From a virus (taxonomy: Duplodnaviria > Caudoviricetes), in the IMG/VR virus record IMGVR_UViG_3300037512_000871, positions 1 to 64,000 of that record: DNA of 64,000 nucleotides; one strand, given 5' to 3'. Shown here piece after piece: positions 1-7,390 of the stretch. Made by a program: the position numbers and the translations under genes. How positions within the stretch are numbered: position 1 is the first letter of the stretch; each line of letters begins with the position of its first letter. The notes below the pieces were generated by a model that was given only the letters and a program-made list of their open reading frames with translations, was not told where the DNA came from and made no database searches.

Positions 1-420
1 CATATCATCTTCGCCAGTGTCGCCAGTTTCCAACTCAAAGCCGAACCGAAGTTTACCATCATCGGGAACTTGGTAGTCGTGGGAATGATAACCACCGATT
101 CCACCACGATGCCGTCTGATTTCATTCATGCACGAGTGGCAGCACATTTGACCACGGAATCGAGTGAGGTTATCCATAGTGAAATCGTTGCCGCAGTGTT
201 CGCATTGTGCGCCGATGTTCTCGTAGCACTGGTCGCATACATGACTATCACCACGATTCATAGAATGGCGGTTGGTTGCCCTGTACCACTCGTGACATTC
301 ATCGCACTGGAAGTAGAGGATTGAATGGCACTGTTCGCAGAAAGCACCATCGTCATTGACGTAAGATGCTTGCCGTCCACAAATGATGCAGACGTCGGGG
401 TTTTCATTTTCTTCCGGCAT
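1..420 (-). CDS. Zn-finger amidoligase (COOH-NH2 ligase) paralog, N-terminal part, truncated by the window edge (not in ORF track)
   Basis: Manual translation from ATG at 420 gives MPEENENPDVCIICG...(multiple CxxC)...IGGYHSHDY...RFGFELETGD, paralogous to IGGYHSHDY...YLGVELEMGD in 971..2131. Confidence 0.8.
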   Translation of the reverse strand, partial: MPEENENPDVCIICGRQASYVNDDGAFCEQCHSILYFQCDECHEWYRATNRHSMNRGDSHVCDQCYENIGAQCEHCGNDFTMDNLTRFRGQMCCHSCMNEIRRHRGGIGGYHSHDYQVPDDGKLRFGFELETGDTGEDDM

Positions 421-577
421 AAGACTTGCCCTTTCTCTGTTTGGTTTTGAAGATGGACTTCATTTTGTTGTTGAACTCGATGCGCTTGAGTGCATTACGC
501 TCTCGCACATACTCGGCTTTTGTCATTACGGACACAGTTCGCCCATAATTGACAACGACAAGTTCGGGACGTTCCAT
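404..577 (-). CDS. small hypothetical protein (MERPELVVV...)
   Basis: TAATG overlap with the GGCT stop; in operon. Confidence 0.55.
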   Translation of the reverse strand: MERPELVVVNYGRTVSVMTKAEYVRERNALKRIEFNNKMKSIFKTKQRKGKSYAGRK

Positions 578-978
578 TACACATACTCCTGTGGGTAGTG
601 TTGTTTGTGGTATGCCTTCCAATCCCCATTCGGAATAAGGATGAAAGAGCGTTGAATCTGTTCGCGCTTGAAGAAATAGACGAACCCATGAACATTGGCT
701 CCGTCAAACGTCTTAGCAGTTATGAGCTTTCGCCCATACAGCTTCGGATAGCCCTCAAGCCTGTCAATGTCGGGAAGGGACGTGGGAGGCAGAATAATGA
801 GTTCCGCCTTAATCTGCGTATGCCCTTCAAGAACCAATGCAGGGAAGTTATACCTTGTATCGAACAATGTGCCGAAGAAGGTAACAGGAACGATACCCAT
901 GCAATTACGGCAAAGGTAATGATTCCTCTGCCCCGACATAAGGGTTCCATACGTGATAATCTGTACGGAATCAGGCAT
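577..978 (-). CDS. gamma-glutamylcyclotransferase (AIG2/GGCT-like)
   Basis: YGTLMSG motif, FPAL, DRLEGYP..Y.R catalytic Glu motif. Confidence 0.9.
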   Translation of the reverse strand: MPDSVQIITYGTLMSGQRNHYLCRNCMGIVPVTFFGTLFDTRYNFPALVLEGHTQIKAELIILPPTSLPDIDRLEGYPKLYGRKLITAKTFDGANVHGFVYFFKREQIQRSFILIPNGDWKAYHKQHYPQEYV

Positions 979-2131
979 AACGACACCTCTTCATGGCTTC
1001 TTCGAGCTGTTCATTGACGCGACGATAGAGATAATTTGCATTTTTATCCCCATTCGTCTCTTCCATGCGCTTCTTATTCCAGTTGAACCAGTCATAAACT
1101 GCGCGGCGAGGCATTTCAACCATATGCAGATTACCGAGAGGCATTGTGTCCTTTGCCCACTCATACAATCCCTGAACAATGGCAAGATGTCCGAAGAAAT
1201 CATCCGCACAATCCACAGGGCAGAAAATGCGAAACTCACAGGTAACATGAGTTGACGTGCAGAAAGACAATGCAGCATAGTGCGTATCGTCCTGTCTTTC
1301 CCAGAAACCCTCACGGTAATCATCGTCGGGGTCTCCATATTCAACCCAATCATTTTCTTCACGACCAGCCAGTTCCTCGAACAATGACTGATTCTTGGAA
1401 ATGAACCACTGCAACGCTCTCCACGTCAATGCCGGAAGAGCCGCCTTAGTGATATGCACATGGAAACCACAGGAATAGTGCGGCTTCATATCGTGGTTGC
1501 TGAACGTATCATACAGGTTCTCAACCATGTTTTTGTGAGCAAGCCACCAGTCCCATGTGTAAGGATTGGAAATGGTCTCGAATCCATAGTCGCGAATCGA
1601 ACCATCTTCTTCCATGACAAAGAAACGACCGAAGTCATTTTCAATCTCACCCGAACAACGGCGCATATCTTCGGAACAGGCATCGCCCATCTCAAGTTCG
1701 ACCCCAAGATAAGGCATATCACCTTTTTTGAGTCTGGGGCAGTCATAATCGTGGGAATGATACCCGCCAATGTCACCTGCTCTGTGTTGCTCGGACTGAT
1801 GCTCTTCGTAGCAATCATAGCAGAAGTCCTCTTCACAGTCCTCGCAGTAATAAATGTCGTCACTATGGACAACTTCACCGCAACGAGCGCAGGTGTAGTA
1901 ATGGTCATCGTAGCACTCACGGCACACGCAATCATAGCTGCCAATCTGCATCATTTCAGCAGAGGCAACGACATTACCGCAATCAGGACAAACGCAGAAA
2001 TCGTCATCTTTGTTGTCCTCATAGCAGGTGTCACAGAGATGGTAGGTTTTCCCATCAATTTCGACAATGTGGATTTCATCATCGTCGCAGTTGTCCAAAG
2101 AGCAACCGCAGTCATAATAGTCGCAACGCAT
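971..2131 (-). CDS. CxxC-rich Zn-finger plus amidoligase (glutamine synthetase/guanido kinase-like COOH-NH2 ligase)
   Basis: GVELE, EEDGSI..GFE..S.P, CGFHVH, HYAAL, TCEFRIF motifs; many N-terminal CxxC pairs. Confidence 0.85.
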   Translation of the reverse strand: MRCDYYDCGCSLDNCDDDEIHIVEIDGKTYHLCDTCYEDNKDDDFCVCPDCGNVVASAEMMQIGSYDCVCRECYDDHYYTCARCGEVVHSDDIYYCEDCEEDFCYDCYEEHQSEQHRAGDIGGYHSHDYDCPRLKKGDMPYLGVELEMGDACSEDMRRCSGEIENDFGRFFVMEEDGSIRDYGFETISNPYTWDWWLAHKNMVENLYDTFSNHDMKPHYSCGFHVHITKAALPALTWRALQWFISKNQSLFEELAGREENDWVEYGDPDDDYREGFWERQDDTHYAALSFCTSTHVTCEFRIFCPVDCADDFFGHLAIVQGLYEWAKDTMPLGNLHMVEMPRRAVYDWFNWNKKRMEETNGDKNANYLYRRVNEQLEEAMKRCRYA

Positions 2132-2173
2132 AATCGTTACTCCATTATTTGTTTGTTTTGGTTTGAAATGGCT

Positions 2174-2300
2174 TTACCGACAAAGGTTTATGTCGGTAAC
2201 GGTTTAGTCCCATATCCTCCTAAATATGGAAACGTTGGTTGATACTCTAACTTAAATCATAAAGCACCGAATGAACCGATGCCTTATGATTTAGATTAGA
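2174..2300 (-). other. intergenic RNA hairpins, including a ~25-bp stem at 2246-2300
   Basis: ttaccgaca/tgtcggtaa; ccatat/atatgg; the long stem closes with G-U pairs only on the - strand. Confidence 0.7.
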
Positions 2301-2348
2301 ATGTAGGCGGCAGTAATGAAACCACCGCCCATATCCAAGAACCGAATG

Positions 2349-2834
2349 TCAGAACTTATCATTGTCAACATAATGAAAGTTCAAATTGATGTCGCCCTGA
2401 TTATGCAACCACTCATATGCAGGGTGGAAATCATACAGACTGGTCACATAAACGCGATTGTGAGCCACCTGAAACACATAGTTGCACAAAGGAGCCTCAA
2501 CATATGCATCAGCCCACTGGTCAATGAATAAATCACGACCAACGACCTCTTCCATAACCAACGTGCCAGCCCATTTCAGATACAGGAAATTGTCATGCAT
2601 TAATGTGACTGCCGCCGTGTCCCTGATGTAGTCCACAAGTTCTTTCAGCGTCATTGTGAAACCTGCGCGAATGACGATAAACTCGCGTTTCCCATACTTA
2701 TCCGTAAGATTGAACTTATGGATTCCGAACTCCACGCCTTCACCGTATGTGGCTGAGGTGGAGTGTACGTAAACCATCTTAATATCCACAATGTCGAACG
2801 TACCATCTTCATTGATTTCGATTTCGTGTTGCAT
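2349..2834 (-). CDS. hypothetical protein
   Basis: 161-aa ORF with AAGGA RBS. Confidence 0.75.
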   Translation of the reverse strand: MQHEIEINEDGTFDIVDIKMVYVHSTSATYGEGVEFGIHKFNLTDKYGKREFIVIRAGFTMTLKELVDYIRDTAAVTLMHDNFLYLKWAGTLVMEEVVGRDLFIDQWADAYVEAPLCNYVFQVAHNRVYVTSLYDFHPAYEWLHNQGDINLNFHYVDNDKF

Positions 2835-2852
2835 AGTTTTTTCCTTATGAGG

Positions 2853-3302
2853 TTAAATCCATGTTTCAAAGAGGTCATCGAAATTGAACATAATAGGAAC
2901 CGTAAGCAAGTCATTCTTCTTGCCGTAGTCCATAATACGCTTCAGTTCGCTGTCCTCTACATTGAATTTATTGTACGAAATGTGCTTGGCGACTGTGTAT
3001 GCTCTTGACGTGAACCAGACATCCTTATGGTCAGTCGGTATCACCATTCTCTCCAACAGTTCCTTACAGAAAATGTCGTTGGGGATAGTGCTGAATGTGC
3101 CTTTCTTTGCATGTTCGAGGAAATACCACAAATGTTCACGGTATGGATTTGCGAACAATGTCACCACAGTTATCGGTCTTTCCCATATTTGGAACCGATG
3201 AACGTATCTTCTTTCCACATGGTCTTTTATCTTGACCGGAAATGAAGACGTGCCGTGATAGACCCCATAACCATTTGAGGTCAGTTGGAAGTCGTGTTGC
3301 AT
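2853..3302 (-). CDS. hypothetical protein
   Basis: 149-aa ORF in operon; N-terminus (MQHDFQLTSNG) loosely resembles the next gene (MQHEIEINEDG). Confidence 0.7.
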   Translation of the reverse strand: MQHDFQLTSNGYGVYHGTSSFPVKIKDHVERRYVHRFQIWERPITVVTLFANPYREHLWYFLEHAKKGTFSTIPNDIFCKELLERMVIPTDHKDVWFTSRAYTVAKHISYNKFNVEDSELKRIMDYGKKNDLLTVPIMFNFDDLFETWI

Positions 3303-3808
3303 GATTTAGTTGCCCTGTAAAGTTTGTAAATGTTGGTGCGGATTGTGGGATGAGAACCAAGATACCGCCACAGAGCCATATTGATAGCTCCTATAAATGG
3401 CGCATACTGTTCTCCGAGGAACTTGTATGAATCGTAGACTGGCATCTTACTTTTGATAACCTCATCCACGATATATCCCATAACAAGATTCGACACAATA
3501 TAGGTCTCATTTCCGACAAAGTTAGCGGAATCTATCATAATGACGTATTCTGCTAATCTGTGGTATGTGGGTCTATTGTTATCGACTTCGGGATAAATGA
3601 AAGTGGTGTGAAATGTTCCGTTCTTGTAGATGCCGTAAAGCCAGAACTCAACATTCACACCACGTATCATTTTCGTGTACAGTTTATACTGCTTGACGAA
3701 ATGAATAGGCGGCATCTCCATTGTTTCAGATTCCTTTCGTTTTCTTAATGCGGTCAATCGTGTCGGCAATCCTTTCAGAAATGCCGAAGTCGTGAACATC
3801 TTCTTCAA
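3281..3808 (-). CDS. hypothetical protein (start uncertain)
   Basis: ORF in co-oriented early cluster. Confidence 0.65.
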   Translation of the reverse strand: MKKMFTTSAFLKGLPTRLTALRKRKESETMEMPPIHFVKQYKLYTKMIRGVNVEFWLYGIYKNGTFHTTFIYPEVDNNRPTYHRLAEYVIMIDSANFVGNETYIVSNLVMGYIVDEVIKSKMPVYDSYKFLGEQYAPFIGAINMALWRYLGSHPTIRTNIYKLYRATKSCNTTSN

Positions 3809-3887
3809 TCAGCATAACGAGGAAGATGCAGGTGAAGAGAATTGGGATAGCGAAAATGACCAATTCCACGAGTTGTTCGATGCTCAT
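3726..3887 (-). CDS. small membrane protein (MSIEQLVELVIFAIPILF...)
   Basis: AAAGGAAA RBS; one hydrophobic helix. Confidence 0.65.
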   Translation of the reverse strand: MSIEQLVELVIFAIPILFTCIFLVMLIEEDVHDFGISERIADTIDRIKKTKGI

Positions 3888-3909
3888 TGTGTTTCCTTTC
3901 TGTTTGGGT

Positions 3910-4565
3910 TTATGGACTGGGTTTGAATGCACTGCGAATCAATGCACTCAAGACAAACCATAACCCCCGTAGGGAATGAGGTGCAGGGCTAAACTACCGT
4001 AGTATGCTTATCTGCACCTCATGTTGTTCTGAGTATGAAGGAATACCCAGCATTAGTTAATCTTCATTGTGATATACCGTTTGAAGTATTGCAACATTTT
4101 TATTTTTGGATTGTTTGTTAATGTTATCCGATACTCACTTTATGGTATGTTTGAATTTTTGTCGCTATTGTCAATCATAGCGGAGAATTAGGACTTACTC
4201 ATCGGGGATTGTGCCGCAAGAATGGACTGCCTTTCTCAATGCCGCTGATATTGTTGCATATCATCCATTCTCTCCTACTTTGCATCGCTTATTAGTGTAG
4301 TTTCTATGCCCGCGTTAAGCGTATCAATTCTTGCATTTAACTATATTTCTCACTGACCGTATGCCATAAAGGTCTACGATTGCATTTCAGACTTATGCCT
4401 TATCGTCGATTTTATCCGACTTCATGGAGTTACGACTGACCCCTAATTTTAATGCTGGTCCGTAGACTTGCATAGAATTAGGTATTACTTGAGAACCTCA
4501 TGGAATCCTCGTAACCCGAATGTCAAAGAACAGTTCTGCCAGACCACATAAGTCTACCTTCGCAA
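3910..4565 (-). ncRNA. candidate long structured untranslated RNA or leader
   Basis: Downstream of a promoter and boxA; no long ORF; many stems with - strand G-U pairs and a cUACGg tetraloop. Confidence 0.45.
4521..4555 (-). promoter_or_regulatory. boxB-like hairpin plus boxA antitermination element
   Basis: - strand AGACUuauguGGUCU followed by GUUCUUUGACA. Confidence 0.6.
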
Positions 4566-4573
4566 AACACTAT

Positions 4574-4602
4574 AATATATCACTTCATTTCCTGTTTGTC
4601 AA
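4574..4602 (-). promoter_or_regulatory. sigma70-type promoter
   Basis: TTGACA-N17-TATATT with extended TG. Confidence 0.8.
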
Positions 4603-4714
4603 GCTCATTTTGAAGAATTTTTAATATGTTTTTGACTTTTTTGAGGTTATTTTATCATTGTTATTTAACGTAGATGCTAACGTAATCTTTAACGTTCTAT
4701 CTTGATGTAATCGT

Positions 4715-4742
4715 TATATAGCACGTCATCTTCAAAAGTCAA
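4715..4742 (-). promoter_or_regulatory. sigma70-type promoter
   Basis: TTGACT-N16-TATATA with TGc extension. Confidence 0.7.
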
Positions 4743-5078
4743 GCCCTCATCCAGATTATTTTCAGAATGTTTTTACTCTATACTGGAATCTTATCTACAT
4801 TTGCGATAAAACTAAGCATTATCCGTATCGGCAGTGCATTAGTTATCCGCTATTGTATGGAGATTGGGTATATGTAAAGTTTGTCATATTATACCCTTTA
4901 AGGTACATTTATCAGGTTTTATCATAAATGCTATCCTATCGGGTATATTTTATCTATGGTCTAACATTAATCCAAAAGCAGACATTAATCATATGGTTGT
5001 CATTAACTCCGTTTGTGACATTTAGTGGGTTGTTAATGACGGTTTATCCCAATCTTTATCTGTACATCAAAGTTATCC

Positions 5079-5580
5079 AGTTAGTCCAGCCTAAGTTATC
5101 ATAAAAGCTATCCTCCGCCTATATTATTAAAGTTATCCGAATTGCAACATTTTTGAAACAATATTGCAACTACTTTCAATTTATGCACAATCTTATCTGT
5201 ATTGTAGCATAAAAGTTAGTCCAGCCTAAGTTATGATAGGTGTGTCGGTGTAATAGTGATGCAGTGTACTATAACAGTAATACACCTATGGTATAAATTT
5301 AATTAAGCGGTGAGGGTAAAATGCAAATACTTTCAATAATGTTTCAAAAAAGTTGCAATAAAGTTTCAATAATGATAGGGTTCCGCCGACGACAAATGAA
5401 ATGCACCTGTCACGATATATGTACTTGATAATCAGCTACTTACAACACAAATGTAAAGGTGCTGTCATCATAAAAACACATAGCCACGATAATGACACCA
5501 AGTATTCATAAACAATAAAAATATAAATGACTTAGTCCAGCCTAACTTTTTATTGAATGACTTAGGCTAAACTAACTTTT
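5079..5580. repeat. four TTAG-N6-CTAA pseudo-palindromes
   Basis: AGTTAGTCCAGCCTAAGTTAT at 5079-5099 and 5214-5234; AATGACTTAG-N6-CTAACTTTT at 5526 and 5556. Confidence 0.85.
5141..5359. repeat. 29-bp imperfect inverted repeat (5141-5169 / 5331-5359)
   Basis: attgcaacatttttgaaacaatattgcaa versus reverse complement attgcaacttttttgaaacattattgaaa (3 mismatches). Confidence 0.8.
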
Positions 5581-5963
5581 GAAGTATGTTATTGATTACC
5601 GACAAAGATGAAAATGCAAAATGATAGACAACGACGCATAAATGCCAGCGTACATAAATGCCGATGTTTATAAACTATTTACTATATTTAACTATTCACT
5701 GGTGCAAAGCATAACTTCAAAAGAAATGCTGACACCGATGAAGATAAATATGTAATGCGGTTTTTACATTTATGCCGATGTAATGCCGACGAATGACGAT
5801 GAATCCATATAACGACAAAGATAACGATGACGATGCAAATACCGACGTATGCCTATGCCGATGAATATATACATTACATTGGTTAGGAATGCCCAACAAT
5901 CAGGAATGTCGAAATACTTGTAAAATTAGGTAAAATAACAAGTTGACGTCGGCGGCTCTAAAA

Positions 5964-6020
5964 ATACTTTACCAGTAGAGTAGTGTTTAATTGATACTTT
6001 ACCAGTAGAGTAGTGTTTAA
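5964..6020. repeat. 27-bp perfect direct repeat x2 (period 30)
   Basis: ATACTTTACCAGTAGAGTAGTGTTTAA at 5964 and 5994. Confidence 0.95.
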
Positions 6021-6025
6021 GGATA

Positions 6026-6060
6026 TAAGAAAGCCCGAAAAGCTCTTAGCTTTTCGGGCT
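6026..6060 (-). terminator. intrinsic terminator
   Basis: 13-bp stem agcccgaaaagct/agcttttcgggct followed by UUCUU on the - strand. Confidence 0.85.
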
Positions 6061-6076
6061 GTTACTGGTTTTTAGT

Positions 6077-6265
6077 TTACTCTATTTCAAGCCTTGAATA
6101 GTAGCTTTCAATAGTATCTATTACAAGTTGATTTTCTACTCTATAAACCGTGTTTCCAATAGAGAAAGTAAAGTAGAATTTAGCGTTTTTGATAGCTGTT
6201 TCAAGTATCTTTTCAAGCTCGTTTTCGGAAAAAGAGTTAATCGGGAAAAAAGATATTGTTTTCAT
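6077..6265 (-). CDS. small early protein (MKTISFF...)
   Basis: AAGGGG RBS; coupled to the upstream gene. Confidence 0.7.
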   Translation of the reverse strand: MKTISFFPINSFSENELEKILETAIKNAKFYFTFSIGNTVYRVENQLVIDTIESYYSRLEIE

Positions 6266-6266
6266 G

Positions 6267-6455
6267 TTAGAACTGCCCCTTAATATATTCAAGTTCGCGC
6301 CCATCTATAACAAGGGGCTGTTTGATAGCGTTAATCGTACTACGGATTGCTTTATTGATAGAAACAATAGCCTGTAAATCCATAGCTAATCGGGCATTAT
6401 CCAATAACGTTTGAAAGACAAGTGAAATAGCCTCTAAATCCTCTTGAGAATACAT
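6267..6455 (-). CDS. small early protein (MYSQEDLE...)
   Basis: AGAAAGGAAA RBS. Confidence 0.75.
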   Translation of the reverse strand: MYSQEDLEAISLVFQTLLDNARLAMDLQAIVSINKAIRSTINAIKQPLVIDGRELEYIKGQF

Positions 6456-6480
6456 GATTTTTGTTTCCTTTCTTTTGTGT

Positions 6481-6567
6481 TTAGTTGTTTGCAATATAGA
6501 CTAATCCTAACAGGAAAAGCCCAATTGTGATGGAGTAGTAGAGGATAGCAAGTAAAACGGTTTTCAA
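6481..6567 (-). CDS. 28-aa hydrophobic peptide MKTVLLAILYYSITIGLFLLGLVYIANN (TTG start)
   Basis: Same CACAAAAGAAAGGAAA leader as the next gene; fills the gap exactly. Confidence 0.6.
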   Translation of the reverse strand: MKTVLLAILYYSITIGLFLLGLVYIANN

Positions 6568-6587
6568 GCTGTTTTCCTTTCTTTTGT

Positions 6588-7158
6588 GCTAACTGTTTCT
6601 ATTGTGCGCTTTTACTGGTTAGGTTTTTGTTAATTAGTTGTTTTTAGCTTTCTTTTCGTTTTCTTTTTGTGCAAACTCAATAATATCTTTTTTGAGTTTT
6701 TCACAATTAAGAGTATACCCGAAAAAGGCTAACCAATAAACAATACGTTTAGTATACCCGAACTGACCGCAAGTTGTAGCGCCTAAGTCAATTATTTCTT
6801 TTTGCGTATAATTGATTTTAAGCAATACGCAAGCGAAAATAGCAAGTTGGATTAAGTCGTTAAGTTTGGGCTTTTCGGCATCTTTTACTGCCTTTTCGGC
6901 AGCTTCAAGAGCGCTTTTACTGGTATTAACCTTTTCAAGCGCCCCCTTATAGGCTTTCAAGTCGTTTTTCTTTTCGGCAGCTTCAAGCTCTTTTTGTGCG
7001 TTTGAAAGCATGGTTTTTGCGTTTTCAACTACGTTTTCAAGAGCTTTTACAGGATTAAGGCTTGAGAAAAACCGAAAAACAAGCGCAAGAGTAAAAGTAA
7101 TAGTTTCCATAGATACGTTTCCTTTCAAAAGTAAAAGCGCACAATAGAAACAGTTAGC
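6588..7158. repeat. perfect 29-bp inverted repeat enclosing one gene
   Basis: gctaactgtttctattgtgcgcttttact (6588-6616) is the reverse complement of 7130-7158. Confidence 0.95.
6634..7110 (-). CDS. first early protein, coiled-coil, unknown function
   Basis: GAAAGGAAA RBS; first ORF after the promoter. Confidence 0.8.
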   Translation of the reverse strand: METITFTLALVFRFFSSLNPVKALENVVENAKTMLSNAQKELEAAEKKNDLKAYKGALEKVNTSKSALEAAEKAVKDAEKPKLNDLIQLAIFACVLLKINYTQKEIIDLGATTCGQFGYTKRIVYWLAFFGYTLNCEKLKKDIIEFAQKENEKKAKNN

Positions 7159-7173
7159 TTTTTGTGATTAAGT

Positions 7174-7239
7174 TTTTCAAAGAGCTATAGTCTTTATTGA
7201 CTACACCATCTAATATAGCACGATATATAAAAAATTCAA
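7174..7239 (-). promoter_or_regulatory. promoter plus boxB hairpin plus boxA
   Basis: TTGAAT-N16-TATATT (7212-7239); UAGUC-aauaaa-GACUA (7188-7203); GCUCUUUGAAAA (7174-7185). Confidence 0.75.
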
Positions 7240-7271
7240 GTGTAAACATAAACTTTTTTCGATATTTTTTG

Positions 7272-7295
7272 TAAGTGTTTGATAATCAATAACTT
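7272..7295. promoter_or_regulatory. IHF-like site (WATCARNNNNTTR)
   Basis: - strand TATCAAACACTTA; a second match AATCAGCTACTTA at 5430-5442. Confidence 0.45.
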
Positions 7296-7390
7296 TTTTC
7301 TATAAAAATTTTACACCAAAACAGATTGACAGGAAGGAGGGGGAGGTGCGAGAGTTGTTCACACATACAATCCACATTTTCAAAACCCAT

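Noticed and set aside
4150-4210. Hammerhead-like CCGAUGAG on the - strand
   Set aside because: Core deviates from CUGANGA and no stem II/GAAA could be built.
4330-4385. Group I intron-like S element (AGAAAUAUAGUU)
   Set aside because: No complementary R element for P7 and no interrupted gene.
5717-5899. 60-aa ORF in the CGAY tract
   Set aside because: No RBS; low-complexity product derived from the repeats; lies beyond the terminator.
5964-6020. Possible mini-CRISPR array
   Set aside because: Only two copies separated by 3 nt; no spacers and no cas genes.
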